From contig JASCQW010000168.1 in assembly GCA_030264375.1 (NCBI GenBank), positions 12,963,081 through 13,022,994 on the forward strand: a stretch of 59,914 bases of DNA. Reading direction: 5' to 3'. Source of the DNA: Carcharhinus longimanus. Its lineage: Eukaryota. Positions 22,974 to 35,863 of this stretch are shown here, piece by piece. Position 1 is the stretch's first letter; each line of letters opens with the position of its first letter. The position numbers and the translations under genes are program-made. A model generated the notes under the pieces. It worked only from the letters and a program-made list of their open reading frames with translations. It did no database searches and was not told the origin of the DNA.

Positions 22974-23297
22974 CTCTGAATTCAATGTTTCACCTCAGTA
23001 ACAGTCAAAAAAAAATTATGCAATATAACTAGCTTGTGGTCAGACATATAGGCTAATCATCTGATGAGCCTGTCAAATTTGATCCAAAATTAATCATATA
23101 GCCATAACAAAGCCTTTTGAAAGATTTGAGGCTGGGGTCTCAACTTTTTACTATATATAAATGATTTGGTGAAGTGACTGAAGGTATGGTTGCTAAATTT
23201 GCATAAAGATAGGTAGGAAAGTAAATTGTGAGGACAACATAAGGAGACGCAGAAAGGCTGAGTGAGTGGCAAAACTCTAATAAATGGAGTATTATGT

Positions 23298-23538
23298 GGG
23301 GTCACTGTCTGTGTGGAGTTTTCTCATTCTCCTGTATATGGTTGAGTTTCCTCTGGATGTTCTGATTTCTTCCCACAGACCAAAGACGTGCGGGTTAGGT
23401 GGATTGGCCACGCTGAATTGGCCTTCGTATCAGGGGAATAGCAGGGTAAATATGTGTTTACCGGAATAGGGCTCGAGTGGGATTGCAATCGGTGCAGACT
23501 CAGTGGGCCAAATGGCCTCCTTCTGCACTGTTTCTATA
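23298..23538 (+). mobile_element. HE1-type V-SINE, 5'-truncated
   Basis: gggtcactgtctgtgtggagtt...ggcctccttctgcactg. Confidence 0.88.
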
Positions 23539-24840
23539 GTTTTAAAGGGAAACAAGCCCAAAATCTCCAGTCTCCTCACCACGATTCTGTGATTCACTCA
23601 AGTACCTTGACCAGGCCTAGGGGACATCTGGAGCCTGAAGGGTCAGTCCCTCATGATTGTCCTTTCCACCTTCCCAAAATCATCACAACTCATGATTAAA
23701 GTGACTCAGGGTTTCACAGCTTTATGTTGTGAGGTGAGATTTACTGAATGTGACATTTCATGGGTCAGAAACTTGGCAAGGTCGCATGATCCAGGTCTCT
23801 ATCGTGCAGGGTTATGTGGCTGCATGCAGGCTATGTAACTCAGAATGTGAAGGTAACAAAGAGTGTAGGTCCAAAATTCTAAGCCTGGAGTGTCAACATC
23901 GGTTTTTTTTCCCATTGTGCTCTGCAGCACCATGAGTAACCCCTAGGCTAAAAATGTTGGATGCAAGCAGCAGATTGTCCCTTACACATTTAGATCAATA
24001 GCCACTCAGCCCCAAGGGAAAGCAAACATGCCATGTATAGCTGGCATCAGGTAAAAATATCAGCTGTTGTAACATCATATCAAACACATGAAGTACAATT
24101 ACAATTAAAAACAAAATAATACATCAGCTATATAGCAGTCATTCTATTTCAGCTGTTGACACCAGGAGCCTGTGAAAAATTGTGTATATGCTTTAGCTGC
24201 TTGAACAAAATTGTGATCAGCATAAAGGGAAATGACACTTTCAATGGACATATTCTGCATCGCTTTCGCAGAAGGAGTCTGAATCCAGGGAATCGAGCTG
24301 GATTTTCATAACTTAAAATTAACCCAAAATTCAGACACTAAATTGAGACCAGAGCTTGTGGTTATTTAGAGCAGTCTGCATCATTCAAAAATCTCATTTG
24401 TCTTCACAAAGACCAGGAAACGATGTTCAGCCTGTTCTTCAATGACCCTTCTCCCACTCTTTCACCACCACCAACAATAGTAAAAGAATAATTCCTTGTC
24501 CAAACCAATTAATATTTAAATCTGTCCATTATCTATTACCTCACTTTTGAATTTGTTTTTATATCTTTCCCCCAGCTAGAAGATGGCCGGTTGGCTGCCA
24601 AACAGCCTTCAGCAATGACGGTCTTGAGCTAGTCACTGTGGCAACATCAGTGAGAGCACGAAGAGAAACAGACTATCAACCTGCAGGTAAATTAATACAA
24701 TCAATCCCCATAATATATTCTGAGGCTTTGTTTTTCCAACTGACATAAATTTGGAATTATGATTGCAGTCACTCATTTTGTATATGCATAGATGCATACA
24801 GGCACAAATATGAGCGCACCTGCGCGCGCACACACACACT

Positions 24841-24975
24841 TCTTCTTCTGAGGCAGTCCCCCAGGATTGAGGATGACTTTCTTCCATTATGATTTGGTAG
24901 GTTCTAAAATGGTCAAATGTGAGGTCTGCAGACTCTGCCACATGGAGGGCATGCTGAGCCTGAAGGGTCAGGTAT
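24841..24975 (-). mobile_element. RTE-type LINE 3' end
   Basis: Reverse complement ends ...aagtcatcctcaatcctgggggactgcctcagaagaaga (GAA tail). Confidence 0.55.
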
Positions 24976-26213
24976 TTCATATATACATATGTATATATAA
25001 TGTAATAAATATTTTATACATGTGCCTGTAAATTCTGACAGANNNNNNNNNNNNNNNNNNNNNNNNNNNNNNNNNNNNNNNNNNNNNNNNNNNNNNNNNN
25101 NNNNNNNNNNNNNNNNNNNNNNNNNNNNNNNNNNNNNNNNNNNNNNNNNNNNNNNNNNNNNNNNNNNNNNNNNNNNNNNNNNNNNNNNNNNNNNNNNNNN
25201 NNNNNNNNNNNNNNNNNNNNNNNNNNNNNNNNNNNNNNNNNNNNNNNNNNNNNNNNNNNNNNNNNNNNNNNNNNNNNNTTTGCTTTTTTGTTTCTGTGTG
25301 AGTGATTTTTTTAAAGCCAATGGAGGCGATAATGGACACTTGTTGGTTACACAGAAAATGCCTGAACAAATAGGAACCAGTGGAATTTTATTTTTTTAAA
25401 TGTCAGATAAGTAAATTCCAAAGACTCTTTAATATCTGGTACCAAAAGCTTTCTGCAAAGCGGCCTCTCTGACACACACAGGTGTAACCAAAGAAAAAGT
25501 TTCAAAATGACTCAAGTTTTCTGGACAGCACTACAGGAACTGCACGGAATTTGTGTTTGAGAAAATAAGAACTCCATCCAAGTGTAAGATTACTTTACTG
25601 GCTAACCACACGCTCAGATTCCCCAGTTATTGGCATGGTTTTCTATTAGAGTTGTCAGTAGGTTTGAGTACAATCTTGACAAAGAGTAATAAAGGGGCCA
25701 TCAATATTACCACTCTCCTTGATAACAAATAACTAGTACATTCTACAAGCCTAATTGACTTATTTTAAAGAGTAAAATATGCTTAAATTTAACATTCATA
25801 TTAAGGTTGCCAAATATAAACTGAAATTTAAAACATATTAGCAGTCCAGGCCACCATGGTCATGGGCATGCATTAAATTGTGGTGTTTCCACACAAACTG
25901 CTTTAGGTAAATATTTAAATTATGCAATCATTATACTCATAATGGCAACAAACACCGAAACATAAACTGAAATGTTCTCCGAAAGAAATAATGAAATATC
26001 AATGTATTGCAACATGTGGAAATCTCAAATTTTTAAACAACATTGGGGTTACAAACTATATTTTCAGTAAAATTACATTTGGCCTCTGCCCCATTTTCAA
26101 TAAGTGAGGCAAATTTACCAGTTCAGCTGAATGTTGTAACTTACAGATCATTTATTACTATTTTTTAATGTGTCAGTTACCCATCCTTTAGGAGAATGAT
26201 AATATATACCCAA

Positions 26214-27102
26214 TGTGACATTAGTGTACCTTTAAGAGAGTTTTTTTAAATCATACTCTCTGTAACTCTCACAGCCTCAGCTCTCATTGTTGCCAGGTTG
26301 CCTGTGAGAGTACTTTCATTGCTCCTTCAGTGTTTAAATAGGGTTGTTTATTTTAACTTTGGGATCTTTTATGACTTTGCATTATTAAGAGGAAGACTGT
26401 TTGGCAGGACAGTTTTTTGTTCTTCCTAATGAATTTAAGGTTTCATTTTCTGTTTGGCTGGCTGCAGTTTGAGTTTTAGAAGGGACATCAAGCTGAAAAT
26501 TAGTTTTTCTCTCTCACCCTGGTTTTAGGAATTCTGCTGGTTAGCTGAAAGCAAGGCTTCTTGTCTTCCTGCAGCAGAAAATCTGTTGCTGGTGGCTTGA
26601 CCAGAGTCCCTCCTTGTTGTTCTGGGAAGCTGTTCTGATTTCATACTGTTCTGGGTTTATCATTCATATTAAGGCATGAGTCTTTGTTGTGTTACACCTG
26701 TGGAAAGGGTTTTGTCTATGGGAAGTTTTGTTTGATTGGAACATTTTAGATATATTTGTTAAGGGTTATACATTATCACGGTTGTTTTGTTTGCAATTGA
26801 TAAAAGTTATTACCAATTTTCTTTCTATATATGTTAACTATATGCTTAAATAAACTTTATTTGATAAAAGCTCCTTAGTGGATTATTTCAATCATACCTG
26901 AGGTTTAACATATNNNNNNNNNNNNNNNNNNNNNNNNNNNNNNNNNNNNNNNNNNNNNNNNNNNNNNNNNNNNNNNNNNNNNNNNNNNNNNNNNNNNNNN
27001 NNNNNNNNNNNNNATATCATGCTTACCCTAGCCAAAGTGCAAAATGTATGATCCAGGCTGGCTCCATAAAACACTTGGGTGTTTCTGATCTGAATTAAAA
27101 CA
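26214..27102 (+). mobile_element. Solo LTR (Gypsy-type), containing a gap
   Basis: TG...CA termini (tgtgaca...aaaaca), 4-bp flanks ccaa/ccag, T-rich U3 and an aataaa at about 26849. Confidence 0.6.
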
Positions 27103-27811
27103 CCAGCAGAAAAATACAGGTTCTAACTGATCACAGAATAAAAAGTCAAGCACACAAGTGGAACCATAAATAGGTAACAGTACGAGGCAAATGTCGAAGG
27201 ATACAAAGGCATCGAATATGAAAGTACACAAGTAATACACTGCAATTTGCAGAAATAAACTTCAGTATCTAGAGGCTGCTATTTAATGCTCACTGGTACA
27301 ACTGCAAAACATTTTTCTGTGTAACAGACAAAACAACAATACAAGTATCACTATTTACATGAAGAGACAGTCTCAGGATACTTTACAATCCAAAGACACT
27401 GATGAAGAGACAAGTGTTGTAGAAAATAACCTGTGTGTACAAGTAAAGATCAAACTGCAAAAACTAAAGAGATTGCCTGCTCCCTGAACTCTGCTATCCC
27501 TTCAACGGGTGATTTTGTTAGCAGTCTGTAAAGTAATTTGACATGGCTAATCCTGCCTAGAAACTTCCCAATAAAATGAAAGTAGTTATCACTCTCAAAC
27601 ACTTGGGGACATTTTGCAAATTGGGCCTTACATGCATTAAAAGTTCAAGTATCAGCAATGCAGCAGCTAACAACCTGAAGCTGTTTATGCAATGAAGTGA
27701 TTGATGTACTGTGTCATTTATCACCAATATACCACTTAGGGTAATTTCAAAAAGAGTAATTGAATGATTGCAATCACATCAGTAAATCCTATGGCCTCAA
27801 TGTGGACACAG

Positions 27812-28141
27812 GATAGAATCCTAGAATTACCACAGTGCAGAAGGAGACCAGTCGTGCCATCGAGTCTGCACCAACAACAATCCCACCCAGGTCCTGTCCT
27901 GGTAACTCCATATATTTACCCTGCTAATCCCCTAGGCACTAAGGGGCAATTTAGCATGGCCAATCAACCTAACCCATACATCTTTAGAGTGTGGGGGGAA
28001 ACTGGAGTACCCAGAGAAAACCCATGCAGACACAGGGAGAACATGCAAATAGAACACAGATAGTCATCCAAAGTCAGAATGGAACCCATGCCCCTGGTGC
28101 TGTGAAGCAGCAGTGCTAACCATTGTGCCACCATGCCATCC
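27812..28141 (-). mobile_element. HE1-type V-SINE, full length
   Basis: Colinear with 1191-1518. Confidence 0.92.
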
Positions 28142-29675
28142 TTAAATAATTGGATCGCAGTTGCACGTGCTCAGTGATGATTTGTCTAAGGAGTTGATTT
28201 TAATGAAAAAGGTTAAAGATTTATGAACTAGCTTTTTCAAAGTTTAACATCTGTAAAATCTCAGAGAAATGTAACAGCTTTTTTTAGTCAAATTTGAGTA
28301 CTGTCAGAACACTGCTAAAATCATTCGTTTGCTGTGCAATCCTCGCAAGACCATTTTCAAATGATATACACCCAAAACATTTTAAAACTCTCCATCACTA
28401 TTCCCCATGAAAATATGCTGAGAATAACATTTGCACCATAACAATAAAACATGTGCTTTTAATAATCAGTATCACAAAAGGTGAGGGACAGGAAAAGTGG
28501 AGAACAGTCCAAATTTAGCATCAGCACGGTCATTTTTCCACCCACACTCTTTAAGAGTGCTCTGAACAGGAGGACTGAAAGACAATGCAGATCTATGAGT
28601 GGAGTTTACAGGTTTAAAAAAAACACTAAAACACTGTGCTCAGGGTCACAAATAGCCACAATAACTTGCACTAATCCTTGAGGAAGTAAGTCCTAAGGGT
28701 CTTGACAAAAAGGGATAGAGTCATGGCACTGAGCAGAAATTAAGAGAAGAGTTGCAGAGGCAATCAAAGCCATAGATCTTGAGAAGAGTGGCAAATCGAA
28801 GGATGTAGTTCTTGACCGATTGGCCTAGGGGTGATTCCAGAGTGCAGACTCATGGCACAGCCATGTGATTAGGGAGGGGACTTTGGCTACAGAGCAGATC
28901 GGAGTTAGAAGAAGTGGTGTGAACTGGGATACATTTGTGCAGCAGGTTGCATAGGTGAAGTGGGGTGAGGTAAGGGCGAGCGCTACCCTAGTGACTTATT
29001 GACAGTTTTCACCTTGTCTCAATGACCAAAAACCACAATAAAGGCCACAAACATTAGTTCTGAATTCAGATAGGCTTGGCATGGGAAAAGGTGGATACAT
29101 GCAATTATTGGCCCACCTGCAGTGGTTAGGGCAGTAATGGAGCTCTTAGGAAAACTGTTAAGTGGCAAGTCTAACACTTAAATATGGTTGGAGTGGCACT
29201 TTTGTGTGCTTCTCCTTAGAAAACAAATTCTCACAAGAAAATAAACCTCTTAAACCTCTGCAATTGTACTTGGATGTTTATCCAGTTAGTTTATACTTGG
29301 GTTATGAAATGTAACCAGTCTGATTGATACCTCAGGCTTTCTGTACTCATGTGGCTGTGTCATGTGGCTGTCTCTGGAGACATTTTAAACTCAGTTCAAT
29401 GAAGACATCTCACTGACTACATACTGAAGACTGCTGTCCTTTATACTTGAAACAGCATGCAACAAGTTGGGAATATTGGGATATAATGGGCTGCAGTCAA
29501 ATGCATATTTAAAGAACTGGAACATATTATTTGCTTTGTGTTAAATTTGCTTTTATATGTAAAAGGAATTTGTACTAGAATGATCAAGATATGCTCATTT
29601 GTTATTGAAAATGGACAATGTACAGTATTTAAAATGAAGCACCAGGAAGTTCACTTTTCCTTAGATAAATTAAGG

Positions 29676-30330
29676 TTAGGTTGAGGGAGCTGGGACTCTT
29701 CTCCCTGGAGAGACAAAGGTTGAGAGGCGACCTGATAGAGGTTTATAAGATGTNNNNNNNNNNNNNNNNNNNNNNNNNNNNNNNNNNNNNNNNNNNNNNN
29801 NNNNNNNNNNNNNNNNNNNNNNNNNNNNNNNNNNNNNNNNNNNNNNNNNNNNNAGGTATAGATGTGATTCGCGCAACTTGTGGGCCGAAGAGCCTTTTGT
29901 GCTGTAGTGTTCTATGTTCTATATGTTCTACGAATTTCAACCACCAAAGAAGAGACTTAATAATGGTGTTTAAAATGATGAGGGGTTTTGATAAAGAAAG
30001 AAAGGGAAAAGTTGTTTCCTTTGGCAAGAGGATCAGAAACCGGAGAAAGCTGATTTTGGATCACTGGCAAAATATCCAGCCAGAAGATGAGCAGAATTTA
30101 TTTTCCCTCGCACGGTGAATTTTATAACCTAGAATGCACTGACTGAAAGAATGGTGGATATAGATTCAATAACAATTTTCAAAAGGGAACTGGATAAAAA
30201 TTACTAAAAAAGGAAAAATAAGTGTAGGCTACCGAGAAAGAGAATGGGAGTGGGATTAATCAAGTAGCTCTTTCCAAGAGGCAGCAGAGACATGGTTGAC
30301 TGAATGGCCTCCTTCTTGCACTTTTTAAAT
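29676..30330 (+). mobile_element. Two adjacent CR1 3' fragments (young one with a gap, then an older one)
   Basis: RLRELGLFSLERQRLRGDLIEVYKM and a tgttctatgttct tail, then RRDLIMVFKMMRGFD and a second 3' UTR. Confidence 0.85.
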
Positions 30331-30339
30331 TATTCTCTA

Positions 30340-30735
30340 GTGGTAGTGAGCCGTCTCTTGAATCATTGCAGTCCACGTGTTGTTGGTAGACCCAGAGTGC
30401 CTCTTTCTGTAATCGACTGATATGACTGAGTGGCCACTTCAGAAGGCAGTTAAGAGTCAACCACATTGCTGTGAATCTGGAGTCATGTGTAGGTCAGATA
30501 GGTAGGGGTGACAGATTTCCTTCCTAGAGGACATTAATGAATCAAATGAGTGTTCATGACAATCCAGTATTATCATTATGATTATTAATCTCATTAATAA
30601 GAAGAACATTTTACTTTCAGATTTATAATTTGAATTTAAATTCCCCCAGCTGCCATGGTAGATCTGAACTCATGGATATGGAGCATTAGTCCAGGCCTCA
30701 GGCTTACTAGCCCAGTAACATTACCACATGCTCTC
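30340..30735 (-). mobile_element. tRNA-derived SINE of a second family (possibly MetaSINE-type core)
   Basis: Reverse-complement core tgactccagattcacagcaatgtggttgactcttaactgccttctgaa; homologous copy at 55615-56040. Confidence 0.65.
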
Positions 30736-31009
30736 ATCTTTTTTAATATTCAATATATATGTACCCTGTACACTTTAGAAACAGGCCAGTGATGCAGTCA
30801 AAGACAAGCCTTTAGCAATAGCTCAGTGTAGCAATAGGCACTTAACGAGAACCAACAATTAAATTATTAGATGTACAGGTTTCCACCAAAGTATTAGCCA
30901 TTTATTCAAAACAGTTATTCATTTTTCCTGTTGCAAATCATCTTAAGTTTGTTTTCACCACCAGCTCTGCGCAACATAACCGCAGAACACTTTATTTTTG
31001 TTGAAGGCA

Positions 31010-31270
31010 GTCAGCCTGGCTCAGTTAGTAGGACTTCTGCTTCTTAGTCGGGTGTAAATCCCACCCCAGCACTTAGCATTTAAACTAGGCTGTTACGTAA
31101 TGCAGCACTGAGGAACCACTGGACTGTAAGAGATGCTGTCCTTCCAGTGAAAGATTAAAGCAAGGCCACATATTATTCAGATGCTGGCTAAATTCCCAGG
31201 GCACTATTTGATGAAAAAGAAATAATTTTCTTGTCCTAACCAACATTCCTCTAATGGTAATGGCCTTCAA
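31010..31270 (+). mobile_element. DeuSINE-like (SacSINE1-type) element
   Basis: tggctcagttagtag head, gcagcactgagg...gatgctgtccttccag...ggcactatttga. Confidence 0.65.
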
Positions 31271-32865
31271 ATAACCAACATATTTATTACTCAATATACA
31301 TCATATTCATGAATCCTTTAATGTGGATGTCAATACATATCAATTACGAGGATTGCCTTGGTTATTGATGTTTTTGTAACTTTGTCAGCCCAAAGACAAG
31401 TAGGAAAGATTGGAGATAGATTGCGCTTGTGAGGGTAGAGTAAAATAATAGTTGCAAGTGTTTTTACAACTATATTATCATCTAGGGGTTCAGATGGCAA
31501 TTTACAAACTGCACAAACTTTAATCATTCACAATGACATCAGAACTTCTGGTAAGATTACGGACTTGTAGTTACCCGAGTTAGCTTTTCTCCATCGAGAA
31601 CAAATGATACAAAGTGATCTTCTGTAACAAGAGAAATATTTGAACATTAATTAGAAGTAGAAAAGGGGTGAGTTTTGATCCACATCTGAAAGTGCACATG
31701 ACTTATCAAGTAGAATGTTAAATAGTGGTGCCACAAGTATGAAGACCAAGGGTGTGGGAATAATTCTGCATAATAGAATACCTGAACAGTTCTAGTCTGC
31801 ATAATACTTACAAATCAACAGTGATTTATTAGAATGAATATGGAAAGCAACAAAAAACCCTCCAGTTAGGTTACTATGACATAGCAATTAATGGAAGAAT
31901 TGAAATTAGATCAGGTACAATGGCGTGTGAAGTAGTGATTTATCAAATGACCAGCTTCAGAAATGTGGAATCTGAATCCAAGAAAATGACACTCTTTAAT
32001 GCAACATCAAACCACAAAAAATAACGATTAGTTAAGTGAAACCCTAGTCCTTGGAAATGCACTTGGTCGGACCTAATCCAGCATCTAGCAGCTGCTAGTC
32101 TTTAGCATCAACTGGCTTAAAACTTACAATTTCACAAATGCATGTTGTAGCAATAGGCGATGCAGAAACTGGAAAGGTCACATAATACCATGCTGGGATT
32201 GAAGTGGCGGTTTATAAACTGCGCAAACTTTGCTCTGGACCATTCGTAATGGCAACAAAACCCCTTGGTGAGGTGAGGTTACTGCCTTGTAGTCATTCTC
32301 TAATGTTAGCTGCTCTCTATTTAAAACATACAGCTTGTGTAAGATTAATCTGTGTTCCAAAGTCATCAGTAGACCCTTAATTAATGTCAAAAAAGGATGA
32401 TTTGGGGGTGGTTTTTCATAATCCACGAAGTGGTGAATTGCAAATCAAGTAGATACTACTGAGTGGCAATTGATATTCGTTTGTTTCAGCTACATTTTGT
32501 TATTTTTTATTTTTAGTATGAAATATATTCACTGTTATAGAAAAAACAGGGTTTCTATATTGAGATTTTAGGCTCATCACTCTTTACATGCATGCTCAAT
32601 CTGAACATTGGGTGTAAAAATACAAAAGCATGCATTCCTCAGCACAATCATCTATGGTGGAACAAAATATATTCCCTTCCCCTTAGAGACCAAAAGATGA
32701 TTACATCTGAATAGTCCTTACAAGCATACAAATTTCATGTCAAACAACACAAGGGAGATTTAAAGAGAAGGGTGACACTTTGGAGAAGGATCAAATTTCA
32801 GAGGATATTAGATGGGTTCAGTTAATTAGCAGAAATTTGACAGGAAAACAGGTTAAGATATCTAT

Positions 32866-33238
32866 GAGCAGCATGGTGGCAACATGTTAGCACTGCTGCC
32901 TCACAGCGCCAAGGACCCAAGTTTGATTCCCAGATTGGGTCACTGTCTGTGCAAAGTCTGCACGTTCTCCTTGTGTCTGCCTGAGGTTTCAGGCTTATCA
33001 CTCTTGACATGCATGCTCAATCTGAACATTGGGTGTAAAAATACAAAAGCAAGCATTTCTCCGGGTGCTCCAGTTTCCTCCTACAGTCTGGTTAAAGATG
33101 TGCTGGTTAAATACATTGACCATGCTAAATGATCCCTCAACGTACCCGACCAGATGCCGGAGTGTGGCAAATAGGGGATTTTCAAAGTAACTTCATTGCA
33201 GTGTTAATGTAAAGCTACTTGTGACACTAATAAATAAA
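32866..33238 (+). mobile_element. HE1-type V-SINE variant (Rex1-like tail) carrying a locally templated insertion
   Basis: HE1 head; extra segment 32982-33061 matches 32561-32640; gtgacactaataaataa tail. Confidence 0.9.
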
Positions 33239-34373
33239 ATCCATCTAAATGAATTCAAAGCTCTGTAATTTGATCGCTTTACTGCAGTATCTACATTTTA
33301 AATATCATGTTTTACTCTGCTAAATTTTAAATGTTTTTTTTGGCACAAAATATATTCACTGTTTAGTTTGAGGATAACGAAAATGAACTTTTTTTTAAAA
33401 TAACCTCATGCACCATCGTGAGAATTTGAATCAAGTTGTTTTACCATGCTGGCAGCAATTTAAGGACCGTGTAATTATACTTTGTGTCTTTGAAGAGGCA
33501 CAAGTGAAGCAAATCCACATCCAAAAAGCCCTATTACCAATTTGCATCCAAGAAAATAACATGTTTGAAGAATAGAGTTCAGTTAAAATGGCAAATAAAA
33601 AGGAGCTTTGCAGAGGCTGAGATAATAGACTTATGATTCAACACATAGGGCAAGTATTCTTATCAAAAAAGTGGCTGAATATTTTTTCTTACCAGATGAC
33701 ATTTTACTATTAATTTTCCATGATGCCACTTTCCCCACCGCTCTTTTCAAATATTTACTCAATGTTCCTCCAAAAGATGCAATGATTTCTGTCTGAAGCA
33801 CTTAGCATGAGAACGATATTCCACGTTCCCATATTAAGAAATGTCTTAAAACATCTCTTTATTGTGCCAATTCAAAATTGGCAATGTCACTGAAAACCCC
33901 GCCAAAGGAAATAGTTGTTTACAATCAAAGCCCTTTATAATTTTTTAAATCTCTAAAAAAAAGTCTATATTAAGTCTTTTCTTTTGCCTCTTCTTCAGTA
34001 ACACATTTCAGAACAAGTCTTTCCCCGTAACTTTAGTTTCTCTGTGTTGGAATTACCTTGGTGATCCTACTCTGTGCACTTACTATTGTTTTAATCTCTA
34101 CTGGTGCAAGCTCAGAATTTCTTTCAGAGAGACAGAAAGAGCACTGGTTGAACTTGAACTGAGTGTTTGGGCTTTCTTATTGGCAATTTCACTTGCAGTC
34201 AAATCCTGTTAAGAAAGCAGCAGTTTCGCCGCAAATTGTTATACTCTAATCAGGATTGCTCTTCCATCAGAATTCCTGTTCACATCTTCGTATCAGGACC
34301 CAAATAAATCAAATCACAATGCAATCAAAACACAAGTGGAAAAGGTGGCATAATTATTCCAAGTTTTCCACAC

Positions 34374-34806
34374 GATCAAGAAGGCGAACGGTATGCTGGC
34401 CTTTATAGCGAGGGCGATAGAATATAAAAGCAGGAACGTCTTGCTGCAACTGTACAGGGTACTGGTGAGGCCACAGCTGGAGTACTGTGTGCAGTTTTGG
34501 TCGCTGCACTTGCACAAGGATATTTTGGCCTTGGAGGGAGTGCAGAGGAGNNNNNNNNNNNNNNNNNNNNNNNNNNNNNNNNNNNNNNNNNNNNNNNNNN
34601 NNNNNNNNNNNNNNNNNNNNNNNNNNNNNNNNNNNNNNNNNNNNNNNNNNGGTTTTTGATAGGCAAGGGGATTAAGGGTTATGGGGAGAGGGCGGGAATG
34701 TGGAACTGAGCCATGACAGATCAGCCAATGATCTTATTGAATGGCGGGGCAGGCTTGAAGGGCAAGATGGCCTACTCCTGCTCCTATTTCTTATGTTCTT
34801 ATGTTC
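34374..34806 (+). mobile_element. Young CR1/HER1 3' portion with a gap
   Basis: Intact frame KKANGMLAFIARAIEYKSRNVLLQLYRVLVRPQLEYCVQFWS...LEGVQR; ttcttatg tail. Confidence 0.95.
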
Positions 34807-35584
34807 CACGTAACTGATCAGAATCTTAACTATGCTGCTGTGGCTTACAGTAAATTTGCAGTGCAGATCAATTAAGTTTAGATGTTAAGAAAAATAAATA
34901 ATTTAAAGAACGGCTTAGACTAACATGATAATCAAATATTGTGCTTGGCTTAAAAATTTACTGGGAGCAGGTCTGGCATATTGAGATTCCAACAACATTA
35001 AAAACCCTCCTCATTCAATTCCAAAGGCGTGTTTATTCTTAGATAGACATACAATGTGACCATCAATATTTGTCTGATATATCCATGAACTTTCTTAAAA
35101 AAACTGACAAACAGCACATTTTCTTCAATGAAACTGACTTGGTCCCAAGGACTAGATCGACCGAAATGACAAGTAGGTTTAAATGGCATTTGCTCTTGAA
35201 AGGGAATTCCTAATTAAAAATCAGGAAAGGTAATCTGGAAATCGAAACATTTTCCACTGCTACATCCTTGTAGCTGAATTAAGTACAGATTTCAGAATGC
35301 TGACTTACATTTACCTAAAATGTTTCTCAGCAAATGTAACTTTGAGTCCAAGTGCTTGTGCAATTTCCCAAATTGCACAATCCATTTTCCCATATAGTCC
35401 ATAGATCATGGTGACAGGTTACATGCAAATGACATTATAAATCATGACTATCAAGCTTCAACAGTTACTAATGTTATCAGGATGTGGAAATGTTGTGTCC
35501 TTGCGACATAATCCAATCCATGTGGCTCTGCACAACGAATACAGATTTCACGATGCCAATGTATTCCCATTGTATTCCAATTCC

Positions 35585-35863
35585 TAGACATACTCTCTTC
35601 CACCTTCTTCCGTCAGGAAAAAGATACAGAAGTCTGAGGTCAAGTACCAACCGACTCAAGAACAGCTTCCCTGTGGCCATCAGACTTTTGAATGGACCTA
35701 TCTTATATTAAGTTGAGCTGTCTCTACACCTGAGCTAAGACTGTAACAGTACATTCTGCACCCTCTCCTTTCCTTCTCTATGAATGGTTACTAGTCTGTA
35801 TAGCACAAGAAACAATGCTTTTCACTGTATACTAATACATGTGACAATAAAATAAAATCAAAT
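35585..35863 (+). mobile_element. Rex1/Babar LINE 3' end
   Basis: HTLFHLLPSGKRYRSLRSSTNRLKNSFPVAIRLLN plus 3' UTR. Confidence 0.9.
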
